A stretch of DNA of 64,000 nt from Candidatus Poribacteria bacterium (GTDB taxonomy: Bacteria > Poribacteria > WGA-4E > GCA-2687025), in the NCBI GenBank assembly GCA_963665845.2, contig OY762492.1, positions 3,744,001 through 3,808,000 of the forward strand. The letters run 5' to 3'. Positions 9,692-19,550 of this stretch are shown one piece after another (position 1 is the first letter of the stretch; each line of letters opens with the position of its first letter). The position numbers and the translations under genes were made by a program. Under the pieces are notes generated by a model. That model did not search any database. It saw only the letters and a list, made by a program, of their open reading frames with translations, and was not told the origin of the DNA.

Positions 9692-11911
9692 ATGCCGCCG
9701 TTAGCCGCCCTGTTCATACTGACGCTCCTGCTGTCCGGGGCGGAGGAGCCGACCGCCTCCCCAACCGTACCCATGACGGGCGTTGTGCGGGAGCGCGTCA
9801 GCGGAAAACCGATACCGAACGCGCGTATCGAGGCGGACGGGCAAACCGCGCAGACCGACGAACGCGGCGAGTTCCTGCTCTACCTGCCGCCGGGCGAGGT
9901 CCAGCTCCGCGTCTCCGCCGACGGGTTCAGTCCCGCGCTGCTCCAAGCGTCCGTCTCCGCCGGGCGCGTTCAGCGGATCGAAATACGGCTGGACAGATCG
10001 ACGGAGCTGGCGCCGGTGCGCGTCGCGCTTCCGCGGCGAAACGCCCCGCCCCGTTCCGCCGGCAGCGCCTTCACCCTGCGCAAAGAGGCGATGCTGCGCG
10101 AGGTCGGCGCCGCGTGGGACATTCAGCGCGTCATGGGAGCCATGCCCGGCGCCGCGCAAACTTCAGACATGACGAACAACATCGCCGTGCGCGGCGGCAA
10201 CCCGTCCGAAAACCTGATCCGAGTTGACAATATAGAGCTGCCGACCGCGAGCCATCTTTCGTGGCAGGGCGAAACGGGCGGCTCCATTGGACTCGTCAAC
10301 CTGGACTTTGTGCGCCATGCCGACTTTTACACCGGCGCGTTCCCGGCGCAGTTTGGCGGCAAGCTCTCCTCCGCGCTCGACATCTCTTTCCGCGAAGGCA
10401 ACCGGCGGCGCCTCGCCGGCGAAGTGGAACTCTCCATCGGCGGATTCGGCGGCGGGCTGGAGGGTCCGCTTCCGTCCAGAAACGGATCATGGGCGGCTTC
10501 CGCCCGGCGCAGTTTTTTGAGCCTGATGCGTGAGCCTCTGCGCCTCGCGGCGGTTCCTGAATATGAGGACGCGCATGCAAAAATCGTCCTAGACATCGGC
10601 GCGAGCCAGCGCGTCGCCCTCACGGCGCTTGGCGGACGCAGCGACGTCGACATCAAGTGGGTTCGAAACACAGACAGGGTTGTTTACCGCGGATATATGA
10701 CAGCGGCGGGCTTCACCTGGACGTCAGCCCTCGCCGACAACGCCGCCTTTAGAGCGACGCTTTCCCACACGCGGCGCGGCGGCAACATGCGCGCATGGCA
10801 GCCGATCGACGCGCTCGCGTATGAAAACAAGGCGGCGGAGCGGGAGACGGCGCTGGAGGCGGTCGTTGAGACGGGCGGCGGATGGCAGGCAGGTTTGACA
10901 GCGCGGCGCCTCCAGTTTCGGCATCAAGTTCTCTCTGAAGCGTGGCGCGGGTTCAGCGAAAACCAAGGGCGCATCGTGTGGCTAGACGCGCATGCGCATG
11001 ACGCGGCGGAGCGGGCGTGGAAGGTCGGCGCCTTTTTTCACCGCGACCAGCAGCTTGGGCGTCATGCAGTTCTGCGGGCGGGCGCGCGCGCGAGCCGTTT
11101 TAGCCTGACCGGCGGAGGCGGATTCAGCCCGCGCGCCGCCGTTCAGTTCAACCTGCCGGAAGGCGCGCGTTTAAGCCTCTCCGCTTCACGGCATCGCCAA
11201 GACCCGACCGCCATCGAACTGACGCTGCATGAGCAAAATCGATCTCTCCAAAGCTCCGAGGCGGACCATTTCATTTTGAGCCTAGAGCGGCCTTGGAGCG
11301 CGGGGCGGCTGCTTGTGGAAACGTATCAGAAGCGGTATCGGCGGCTGCCGGTTCTGCTGGAGGGGGAGGGGGTCTATGCGTCGGGAGAGATGGCGTCAAC
11401 AGGCGCGCGGCGCGCGGCAGGCGTCGATCTGCTGCTGGAGCGTCAGGGGCGGGCGCGCGGCTCCGTTCAGCTGTCGCTGTCGCGCGTCCAGGCGCGCGAT
11501 TCGGCGGGCGCGCCTTGGCATGACGGCGACTTCGATTATCGGCGCGCTTTTACGGTGGAGGGCGGGGCGCCGCTGCGCGGGGCATGGAAAATCAGCGGAA
11601 AATGGCGGTTTGCAGGGGGGCGACCCTTCACGCAGTTTCCCGTGCGCGCCCTGCCGGACGGAACCTACGAGCCGCTTCCCGACCCGCTCAAACGCAACCT
11701 GAACCGATACCCGCATTACAGCTGCCTGGACGCGCGGATCGACCGGCGGTTTGAAACGCGCGGATGGGGCGCGTCGCTCTTTCTGGAGGTACAAAACATT
11801 TTGAACCGCGAGAATCTGTTTGCGCGGCATTTCAACTGGAAGCGCGGCGTCTTTGAAGATGTCCTGCAGTTCAAACGGCTCGCGCTCATCGGCTTGATCG
11901 CCGACTTCTAG
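9692..11911 (+). CDS. TonB-dependent receptor with N-terminal carboxypeptidase-regulatory-like domain
   Basis: Signal peptide; GVVRERVSGKPIPNA; plug VRGGNPSEN, GAFPAQFGGKLSS; VQNILNREN; terminal Phe. Confidence 0.9.
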   Translation: MPPLAALFILTLLLSGAEEPTASPTVPMTGVVRERVSGKPIPNARIEADGQTAQTDERGEFLLYLPPGEVQLRVSADGFSPALLQASVSAGRVQRIEIRLDRSTELAPVRVALPRRNAPPRSAGSAFTLRKEAMLREVGAAWDIQRVMGAMPGAAQTSDMTNNIAVRGGNPSENLIRVDNIELPTASHLSWQGETGGSIGLVNLDFVRHADFYTGAFPAQFGGKLSSALDISFREGNRRRLAGEVELSIGGFGGGLEGPLPSRNGSWAASARRSFLSLMREPLRLAAVPEYEDAHAKIVLDIGASQRVALTALGGRSDVDIKWVRNTDRVVYRGYMTAAGFTWTSALADNAAFRATLSHTRRGGNMRAWQPIDALAYENKAAERETALEAVVETGGGWQAGLTARRLQFRHQVLSEAWRGFSENQGRIVWLDAHAHDAAERAWKVGAFFHRDQQLGRHAVLRAGARASRFSLTGGGGFSPRAAVQFNLPEGARLSLSASRHRQDPTAIELTLHEQNRSLQSSEADHFILSLERPWSAGRLLVETYQKRYRRLPVLLEGEGVYASGEMASTGARRAAGVDLLLERQGRARGSVQLSLSRVQARDSAGAPWHDGDFDYRRAFTVEGGAPLRGAWKISGKWRFAGGRPFTQFPVRALPDGTYEPLPDPLKRNLNRYPHYSCLDARIDRRFETRGWGASLFLEVQNILNRENLFARHFNWKRGVFEDVLQFKRLALIGLIADF

Positions 11912-11949
11912 CAGCGGTAGTACGCCCATACGGAGATATTGCGGCGCCG

Positions 11950-12305
11950 CGTCCGATTCCCCCTTGAAAAGGGGGCTAGGGGGGATTTAAAGGACGGTCG
12001 CAGCGGCTGCGATGCCTTAAGATTCCCGCTTGCGCGGGAATGCATGCCCTCGCGGAAGCGGGGGACGATTTGGTTGGCGGCGCGTTTTTTCCATGAATAA
12101 AGGCTTTGGCCGTTCAGATGTCCCAACTTTATGCATGGTCATAGACGCGCAGACCTTACGCTTGGCGAACGCGGACGTCTTCTGCGGCGCCTCTAGATTC
12201 CCGCGCGTTTTACCGCAAGGGCGGGAATGACGTTGGGCGGTGTCCACGCTGGTTCACTGTCCATGACCGATTCACCGATACGATGTTCCAACTTTTAAGC
12301 TGGGC
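11950..12305 (-). mobile_element. composite of REP elements and two MITE-like copies
   Basis: Reverse strand contains gcttaaaagttggaacatc and atgcataaagttgggacatctgaacggccaaagcctttattcatgg, matching the MITE at 38744. Confidence 0.7.
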
Positions 12306-12325
12306 ATGTCGGACGGGGAGCCGCT

Positions 12326-13273
12326 TCACCATTCCTTCGACTTCCCGGACAGCCACCTCCCGCCCCGATTTCTCTTGACAAACGATAAGTTCCGAAGAGA
12401 GAACCCCAGCATCGTCAGCGCGCAAAGGGTTGACGGCGGCATTAAACAACAGAAACCCCATGCGCCTCCCGAAAACAATTGTACCGTCCAGTTCCAGAAA
12501 ACCGCCGAGATCGCCAGATAGATGGCGAATCTCCACAGCGCCGAAGCGCGCTTACTGCGATTCTGCGCGTCCGGAAAGTGCCGTTCGACCAGCTCTTGGA
12601 TTTCAAAATCTTTATGCGCAAACCAAAATTGAGGGCTTTGCAGAGAAAGCGTTTTCGTTATTTTCTTGATTGCTTTATAATTTTTGTTTTCTGCCCGCAT
12701 CTTCAAACGCTCATCCGCCAGGCTCCATGTCTCGAACCAATCCCAATCGAACGCCAACGGAAGCCAATCCAGCCGCTTATATACAGGAATCACGTCATCC
12801 TTCGTTATCAGCTCCTGATCAAGCAGCTTCTGCAGCGTCCGATACCGCGTCTTGCGCGCCTCCATCATCATGGGAGAATCGCCCGCAAACGGTTTCAAAT
12901 GAAACAGCTCCGACAGAAACATCTCATTCGGCTCGGAATCTCGATACTGAAACCAGAACTGCGCATTTCTCTTTTTTTTAAGTTTTTTCAACAGACGCGC
13001 AATGTCTCCCAACAAACCCGGCTTCAGAGCGATCCATCGACCCCATCGATCGTGGCGGTAGAGATAGCTCCATTGGCGGGACAGGTCTTGCATCATGCTG
13101 TAGCGCGCGTCGCGGACAGCGTCGATGATCGCAGGCTCGCCTGAAAGCCGAACCAGTCCCAGTTCCTTCTCCTGTACCGCCGCGCGCCTCTGCTCTATCT
13201 CCACGCGCGCATCCCTGCGCGTCTGCCGGGCGATTTCTTCCACTTCGCGCAGGATTCTATCTTCGTCGCGCAT
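12326..13273 (-). CDS. hypothetical protein, tandem paralogue 1 (C-terminal 2-TM anchor)
   Basis: Highly similar to 13378..14346; RBS gggaga. Confidence 0.8.
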   Translation of the reverse strand: MRDEDRILREVEEIARQTRRDARVEIEQRRAAVQEKELGLVRLSGEPAIIDAVRDARYSMMQDLSRQWSYLYRHDRWGRWIALKPGLLGDIARLLKKLKKKRNAQFWFQYRDSEPNEMFLSELFHLKPFAGDSPMMMEARKTRYRTLQKLLDQELITKDDVIPVYKRLDWLPLAFDWDWFETWSLADERLKMRAENKNYKAIKKITKTLSLQSPQFWFAHKDFEIQELVERHFPDAQNRSKRASALWRFAIYLAISAVFWNWTVQLFSGGAWGFCCLMPPSTLCALTMLGFSLRNLSFVKRNRGGRWLSGKSKEW

Positions 13274-13377
13274 CTGCCACTCTCCCTTCGCTTCTGCGGG
13301 GCTGCAATTTAAATATACCGTGCGCGCTCAATTAAGACGAACCTGCGAGTTTAGGGCGTGTCGGACGGGGAGCCGCG

Positions 13378-14346
13378 TCACCATTTTTTTGACTTCCCGG
13401 ACAGCCATCTCCCTCCGACATTCCGCCGGACAGAGAACAGTTTCTTAAGAGCCGGCGCCAGCATTATCAGCCCGCAAAGGCTGAAAAAAATATGTCCGCA
13501 CGTTACTTCCGGCTCAACCCAAGCATCCGGATCCGGTTTGGAGTGGTACCAGCGCCAGTCGAGGAAATACTGTACAGCCCCCCAATACCAGAAAAACGCC
13601 GAGATCCCCATGTAGACGGCGAATCGCCGCAGCGCCGAACCGCGCTTACTCCGATTCTGCGCGTCCGGGAAGTGCCGTTCGACCAGCTCTCGGAGTTCAA
13701 AATCTTTATGCGCATACCAAAATTGAGGGCTTTGCAGGGAAAGTGTTTTCGCGATTTTTTTGATCGTTTTATAATTTTTGTTTTCTGCCCGTCTCTTCAA
13801 ACGCTCCTTCGCCACGCACCACGTCTCGAGCCACTCCCAATCGAACGCCAACGGAAGCCAATCCAGCCATTCAAATACGAGAGTAACGTCATCCTCCGTT
13901 ATCAGCTCCAGACCAAGCAGTCCATGCAGCGTCCGATTGCGCGCCCTGCGCGCCTCCGCCATCAAGGGAGAATCGCCCGCAATCGGTTTCAACTTAAACA
14001 GCTCCGACAGAAACACTTCATCAGGCTCAGAATTTCGATACCGAAACCAGAACTGCGCCTTCTTTGTTTTTTTAAGTTTTTTCAACTGGCGCGCAATGTC
14101 TCCCAAGAGACCGGGTTTCAGAGCGATCCATCTGCCCCATCGGTCATGGTCGTAGATATAGTCCCATTGGCGCGACAGGTCTTGCATCATGCTGTAGCGC
14201 GCGTCCCGGACGGCTTCAATGATCGCAGGCTTGCCTGAAAGCGGAACGAGTCCCAGTTCCCGCTCCCGTATCGCCGTCTGCGCTTCTCGGCGCGTCTGCT
14301 GAGCGATTTCTTCGACTTCGCGCATGAGTCTATCTTCGTCGCGCAT
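13378..14346 (-). CDS. hypothetical protein, tandem paralogue 2
   Basis: Same start MRDEDR and end GGRWLSGKSK as paralogue 1. Confidence 0.8.
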   Translation of the reverse strand: MRDEDRLMREVEEIAQQTRREAQTAIRERELGLVPLSGKPAIIEAVRDARYSMMQDLSRQWDYIYDHDRWGRWIALKPGLLGDIARQLKKLKKTKKAQFWFRYRNSEPDEVFLSELFKLKPIAGDSPLMAEARRARNRTLHGLLGLELITEDDVTLVFEWLDWLPLAFDWEWLETWCVAKERLKRRAENKNYKTIKKIAKTLSLQSPQFWYAHKDFELRELVERHFPDAQNRSKRGSALRRFAVYMGISAFFWYWGAVQYFLDWRWYHSKPDPDAWVEPEVTCGHIFFSLCGLIMLAPALKKLFSVRRNVGGRWLSGKSKKW

Positions 14347-14438
14347 CCGCCGCCTCCCTTCGCTTCTGCGGGCTACAACTTAAATATACCGCGCGCCCTC
14401 CATTAAGACGATCCGGCGCATACAGGCGGGGCGGCGCT

Positions 14439-15209
14439 TCATCGGTCGTTCGAATTCCCAGACAGCCTCTTTCCGATCCGATTTTGCCGAACAGAAGAAA
14501 ACGCTGTGAGCGCCATGATAAACATGACGACCGCGCAAATGCCGCATGGCGCGCCTACGATATTCGGAGCCTCCCTTTCCAATAAAAACGCTATAAAGCC
14601 CAAAAAGGAAACTGCCGAAATCGCCAGATAGACGCCGCCCTTCAACAGATGCGAACCGCGTTCAGAAGGCGTCTGCCAGTTCTGTATGTCCGGAAAATGC
14701 AGTTTGACCAGCTCCGCCGCCGAAAAGTTCATATGCTCATACCAAAATTGCGGGCTTTCTTGGCAAAGCGCCTGCGCCGCCATCTGAACCGCTTCAGGTT
14801 TCAACCGCAGCTCAAGCAGCTCCCACAGCAGACGATACCGCGCCAAGCGCGCGTCCGCCATCAAGGGAGAATCGCCCGCAATCGGCTCCAGCTCAAACAG
14901 CTCCGACAGAAACGTCTCTTCAGGCGTGTACTCGCGATGTTGAAACCAGAACTGCGCGTCCTTGCGTTTGAGAGCGATCAACAGACCCGGTTTCATAACG
15001 GACGACCTACCGGCGTACTTCAGTTTCCAGTCGGCGCACAGCTCGTCCATGATGCGGGAGCGCGCTTCGCGGGCGGCGGAAACGATGGACGGCTCGCCTG
15101 AAAGCGGAACCAGTTCCAGTTCCCGCTCCTGTATCGCCATGCGCCCTTCCCTGTGCTTTTGCTCAGGGATATTTTCAACGTCGCGCAAGATTCTGTTATC
15201 GTCGTTCAT
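14439..15209 (-). CDS. hypothetical protein, tandem paralogue 3 (shorter, more diverged)
   Basis: Shares LVPLSGEP, AQFWFQ, FLSELF, PIAGDSPLM, SPQFWY, HFPD, RLSG. Confidence 0.8.
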   Translation of the reverse strand: MNDDNRILRDVENIPEQKHREGRMAIQERELELVPLSGEPSIVSAAREARSRIMDELCADWKLKYAGRSSVMKPGLLIALKRKDAQFWFQHREYTPEETFLSELFELEPIAGDSPLMADARLARYRLLWELLELRLKPEAVQMAAQALCQESPQFWYEHMNFSAAELVKLHFPDIQNWQTPSERGSHLLKGGVYLAISAVSFLGFIAFLLEREAPNIVGAPCGICAVVMFIMALTAFSSVRQNRIGKRLSGNSNDR

Positions 15210-15653
15210 TCACAACTCTTTGTTCGCGCTTTTCTCGTCTGTCCAGATGCAGCGTCCGCCGCCGCTTGCGTCGTATGGGTTGATTCGGCTTAAGCCGCCC
15301 AGCCGGTATTGGAGAAAATCCCGCCCCGCTTCGATGAGATACCCTTCATTCGCTTCCGCTGGATACTCCAGCTCCGAAAGCGATTCAAACGGCGCGATTT
15401 CCAGCCGCGCCTCTCGATTGCCCGACTTCGTTTGGTAAAACAGATCGGCGGAATGCGTTTCATGTTTCAAAATCAAGATCAGTCCGCGCCGTATCGCTTC
15501 GCCGTCGGGGGCGCGGACGTTTAAACGGACGACAAGGTCTTCCGTCGGCGCAGGCTCCGATCTCACCTTGAACCATATGCCGTTCGGCGCGCCGTCTGCC
15601 GCCCCTTCGTTCGGTCCGAGTATTTGAAACGATACGGTTGGAATCGCCGTCAC
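15210..15653 (-). CDS. hypothetical protein
   Basis: ORF with RBS gaggagg, abutting paralogue 3; no recognised motif. Confidence 0.6.
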   Translation of the reverse strand: MTAIPTVSFQILGPNEGAADGAPNGIWFKVRSEPAPTEDLVVRLNVRAPDGEAIRRGLILILKHETHSADLFYQTKSGNREARLEIAPFESLSELEYPAEANEGYLIEAGRDFLQYRLGGLSRINPYDASGGGRCIWTDEKSANKEL

Positions 15654-15668
15654 AGCCGCCTCCTCACA

Positions 15669-16046
15669 TCAAGACGCGGTCTCCAACGCTTCTTCCGCCC
15701 GCGTCATGACAACATCGATCATCCGCTCGTCCACGCCCAGCGGCGCGGTCAGCCGCGTTTCCACCTCCGGATATAAAGCGGCCGCCCGCCGCGTCATGCG
15801 CGGTATGTCGCTCTGCGAATGCCGACCCGGCGACAAAAAATACGGATGCACCACCACCCGCTCCGCCCCCTGCGACACGCACGCTTCAAACGCCTGCTCC
15901 AAGGTCGGCTCCGCCAGCTCCATATGCGCCGCTTCAACAATGTCGTAGACGCCGCGCGCGCGCGCCCGTTCGGCGACCGTTTCAAGCATTTCGTTCGCCG
16001 CGCTTCGCTTGCTTCCGTGGTCAATCAGGATCAACGCCGTTCGCAT
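15669..16046 (-). CDS. CbiX/SirB small chelatase domain protein
   Basis: IDHGSK, AHMELAEPTL, PYFLSPGRH. Confidence 0.9.
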   Translation of the reverse strand: MRTALILIDHGSKRSAANEMLETVAERARARGVYDIVEAAHMELAEPTLEQAFEACVSQGAERVVVHPYFLSPGRHSQSDIPRMTRRAAALYPEVETRLTAPLGVDERMIDVVMTRAEEALETAS

Positions 16047-16073
16047 GTTCGCTCCGTTTCTTTTTGGTTAAAG

Positions 16074-17093
16074 TTAAAGCCGCAGCAGCCGCCCCGTCTG
16101 AATCGACTCGATCTCTTTCCAGCAAAGAGCGAGCGAATCGCGCGCCGAACGCCCCGACAGAAGCGTCGGCTCCGCGTCGTTCACAATGCAGTCGATGGCG
16201 TACTGAATCTCTTGGGCGAACCCGTCCGTTTCGGGCGGGCTGATTTCCTCCACGCCTTTGTCTGTAATGACCTTCACGACGGGCGGATCCCAAGAGGAGC
16301 TGTGCGCGACGGTCGCCTCCTCAAAGTACAGCTCGTACCCATGCTCGAAGGGGCGTCCGCGTTTTGAAGCCGCTCCGCTTTGACAAGAAATCGACAGCCC
16401 GCGCTCCTCGTAAAGATACTGCGTCGAGACATACTGCGCATACCGCCCGCGCGCCAAGACGCCCGTCGAGAAGACGGCGTCCGGCATTCCGATCAGGTAG
16501 TTTAGAAAATCGGCGTCATGGATATGCAGGTCGATGCCGGGGCCGCCCGACTTGTCCAGCCCTTCGAGCCAGCTGTCGCTCCAGTCCGGCGCGGAGATGA
16601 TGCGTTTGAAGTTGCCGCCCAGCAGTTTGCCATGCTTTCCGCTTTCGACCGCCTCCTTTAAGTACGCAAACTGGGGCCAAAAGCGCAGCACCTGTCCGAC
16701 GAGAAACTTTTTGCCGGACGCTTCCGCCGCCTTCGTCATCTCGTCCGCGTCGGCAAGTTCAACCGCAATCGGCTTTTCCAACAGAACATGCTTGCCCGCC
16801 TCGAACGCCGCAATCGCAACCTCTTTATGGAGCTTCGTCGGCAGACAGATGTCGACCAGATCGATGTCGGGATCGGCAAGCATCTCGCGGTAGTCGCGGT
16901 ATTTTTTGATGTTGGATAGGTCAACGTTTCCGCCGCGCCCGCCGAAGTTCCCTTGTATGCCGCTCCAGTCGCCGGCGAGTTTGGTCTCGCTGCGGGTGCA
17001 GATCGCCGCCGCCTTTCCGCCGCTGACCGTCTGCGCCGCTTCCCAGTGCGTCTTGCCCATGAACCCGATGCCGATGATGCCGATGCGTACCAT
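16074..17093 (-). CDS. Gfo/Idh/MocA family oxidoreductase
   Basis: GIIGIGFMG, GKHVLLEKP, DLHIHD. Confidence 0.92.
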   Translation of the reverse strand: MVRIGIIGIGFMGKTHWEAAQTVSGGKAAAICTRSETKLAGDWSGIQGNFGGRGGNVDLSNIKKYRDYREMLADPDIDLVDICLPTKLHKEVAIAAFEAGKHVLLEKPIAVELADADEMTKAAEASGKKFLVGQVLRFWPQFAYLKEAVESGKHGKLLGGNFKRIISAPDWSDSWLEGLDKSGGPGIDLHIHDADFLNYLIGMPDAVFSTGVLARGRYAQYVSTQYLYEERGLSISCQSGAASKRGRPFEHGYELYFEEATVAHSSSWDPPVVKVITDKGVEEISPPETDGFAQEIQYAIDCIVNDAEPTLLSGRSARDSLALCWKEIESIQTGRLLRL

Positions 17094-17194
17094 AGCCCGC
17101 CTTTCCGCCTAGTCAATCCCGCGCCGTTTGCGCTTTATGATATGATACCGCATGGACGCCGCTTTCGCATGCGCAGTTTCCTGACCGACAATTC

Positions 17195-17385
17195 GTCATT
17201 CCCGCGCAAGCGGGAATCCAGAGTCCATCGCTTGCGGCTTAAACCCCCCTAGCCCCCTTTGACAGGGGCATCCGTAATCTCCCCCCTTTGTAAGGGGGGA
17301 AGGGGGTTTTCTGCGTTCAAACAACGGCTAAGATTCCCGCTTGCGCGGAAACCCCCCTAGCCCCCCTTTTCAAGGGGGGAAACGG
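17195..17385. repeat. REP cluster (two families interleaved)
   Basis: gtcattcccgcgcaagcgggaatcc, three poly-C/poly-G hairpins, aagattcccgcttgcgcgg. Confidence 0.85.
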
Positions 17386-17497
17386 TCAGGGCGCTTTTCA
17401 AGGGGAAACGGTCAGCGCGCCCTGCGTGTCTTTGACGTGCCGTTCCGCCTTCCGCCCTGGCTGTATGATCCACTGCTCGGGTATGCGTATCTGCTTC

Positions 17498-18553
17498 TTA
17501 ATGAAAGTCATGCTTGCGCCGCGGATGTTCCGCCAGCTTCTGCGCCTCCTGCAGATTCGTCGGATAACCGAAGATTTGATAGTTGACATGCGGTTTGATG
17601 CCATGCCGTTCAAGCAGCCGTTTTTGCATCGGCTCCAGCGCTAAGATGGTCAGGTCGATGCCGATCCACCGCCTGTTGAGAGCGTGCGCGGCGTCTATGG
17701 TTGTTCCGCATCCGGCGAACGGGTCTAAAACCGCGTCGCCTTCTTTGGACGAGGCTTTGACGATTCGCTCATAAAGATCAAAGGGTTTTTGTGTCGGATA
17801 TCCTAAACGCTCTTTGGAGAGCGGATTGATGATTGGGATGTCCCAGACATCGTCAACCGGTGTCCCTTTTGGATGCGGCTTGTATTTTTTACCAGATTTG
17901 CTGACGATTCCGCCCTTAGCAAAACCGCTTGTTTCTTTATACGGTACGCGAATTTCGTCGATATTAAAGCAGTGATCAAAATTGTCCAATTTGGTATAGT
18001 ACAGAAGCACATCATGCTTGCGCGAATAATATCGTTTTGCTCTCCCTCCGCCAGTGTAATGCCAGATGATTTCGTTGCGGAAGAATTGATTTCTTGAGCA
18101 GTTGTCTTGGTCCCAGACCGCGTCCATGATCCCTTTCAGGTAGTGGCTCGCGCTGGGGTCGCAATGGAGGTAGACGCTGCCGGACGGCTTCAGAATGCGA
18201 TGCATTTCAGCGAGGCGGGGTCCCATGAAGGCGAGATAGGCGCGCATGGCGGCTTTGTTGCCGGATACGGCGTTTTGCAAAACAAGGTCGTACCCTTTGA
18301 GCGCGTTGTCTAACGCTTCATATGCCCCGCCGCGTTGGGAGCGCTTTTCAATCTCGGCGCGCTGATCTTGCGCGGCGCTGTCCCATGTCCAGATGTCCGC
18401 GAACGCTTTTTTCTGCGCTTTGGAATTGTCCAAGAAGATGTTGTAGTTGCGCCCCGAATTGAACGGCGGATCGGTCGCAATCAGATCAACCGAGTCGGAT
18501 TCAAACTCGCGCATGACCTCAAGGTTGTCGCCGAAATAGAGCTTGTTGTTCAT
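17498..18553 (-). CDS. beta-class DNA methyltransferase, C-terminal domain probably deleted
   Basis: DPPFN (motif IV), YLHCD, YPTQKP, DPFAGCGTT (motif I); ends abruptly at KHDFH. Confidence 0.88.
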   Translation of the reverse strand: MNNKLYFGDNLEVMREFESDSVDLIATDPPFNSGRNYNIFLDNSKAQKKAFADIWTWDSAAQDQRAEIEKRSQRGGAYEALDNALKGYDLVLQNAVSGNKAAMRAYLAFMGPRLAEMHRILKPSGSVYLHCDPSASHYLKGIMDAVWDQDNCSRNQFFRNEIIWHYTGGGRAKRYYSRKHDVLLYYTKLDNFDHCFNIDEIRVPYKETSGFAKGGIVSKSGKKYKPHPKGTPVDDVWDIPIINPLSKERLGYPTQKPFDLYERIVKASSKEGDAVLDPFAGCGTTIDAAHALNRRWIGIDLTILALEPMQKRLLERHGIKPHVNYQIFGYPTNLQEAQKLAEHPRRKHDFH

Positions 18554-19419
18554 GCCGCTTCTTTCTTTGCTTTGCCGCGTTTTTTGAAAATGAAAATATA
18601 CTCATGCTTGAAGATGTAAAACCCGAAGCGCAAAGCCCGATACCGCCACAGGTTTTCTTGGTTCAGTTTGGCGCGGTTGCCCGACATATTTTTGACGACG
18701 ACGCTTTTCAGCTGCAGGTCGTCAACGCGCCGCATCGTCTCCTGCATCAGATAAAAGCCGAGCGGGATCCATTCGCTTTTGGCGTATTTGTCGCCGATGA
18801 CGACCGCAAGATGCCTCTGCGGCGCGAGCAGATCCGCAAAGTTGACGACCACATCTCCAAACTTGGACGCAAACGACTCAACGCTCGGCGCGTTGCACAG
18901 GTCTTCTTCGCGTTCGCTGAACTGGATGATGTCATGGTACGGCGGATGCAGGATGATCAGGTGAACGCTGTCGGCGCCGATGCGTTGGAGCGCGTCTTCA
19001 ACTTGTCCACGCGCCTCTTGGGTTGAGCTGTCGGCGACAATCACCTCCGAGAGGGGTCCGTCGGCGGGCTTCAGCTCGCTGTTGATATTGACGCGCGCCG
19101 CATGCGCCGCTTCAGGCGTCAGCTCAACGCCGATGCCGTGCCGTTTCAGCCGCTTCGCTTCGATGAGCGTCGTTCCATGCCCTAAGAACGGGTCTAAAAC
19201 AACGTCGCCCCGCTTGGTGAATCGGCGCATCAGCTGGCGCGGAATCTGCGGGATGAAGTTGCCGTGGTAGGCGTTGTTGTGCGCGCCCGACTTGTCGCGG
19301 TCGCCGATGATCCAGAGGCTGTCGGTGAGTAGATCGCCGTAGTTGCGCCAGTTTTTGAGGTCAAGGTCGTTGATATGCTGCATCCTGTTTGATTCGCCTG
19401 CCTTCAATTTGTACGTCAT
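18550..19419 (-). CDS. DNA methyltransferase (motif I before HPPY)
   Basis: YHGNFIPQIP, LDPFLGHGTT, LHPPY, HEYIFIFKK; start may be ATG 19383. Confidence 0.85.
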   Translation of the reverse strand: MTYKLKAGESNRMQHINDLDLKNWRNYGDLLTDSLWIIGDRDKSGAHNNAYHGNFIPQIPRQLMRRFTKRGDVVLDPFLGHGTTLIEAKRLKRHGIGVELTPEAAHAARVNINSELKPADGPLSEVIVADSSTQEARGQVEDALQRIGADSVHLIILHPPYHDIIQFSEREEDLCNAPSVESFASKFGDVVVNFADLLAPQRHLAVVIGDKYAKSEWIPLGFYLMQETMRRVDDLQLKSVVVKNMSGNRAKLNQENLWRYRALRFGFYIFKHEYIFIFKKRGKAKKEAA

Positions 19420-19550
19420 CCTGCGTTATTTCCGCTTCTTTGTCAAGAGACGGGCGCCGCTGAAGAACGCCGAGACGATTTTTGCTGCTCAATGCGCCGC
19501 TGCGTCCGCTATAATTTGCATGTGGACGCCCTAACGCGAAAGAGGAAGCT

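Noticed and set aside
12326-15209. Diversity-generating retroelement or integron cassette array
   Set aside because: No reverse transcriptase or integrase in the window, differences include indels and are not visibly adenine-specific, and there are no convincing attC sites.
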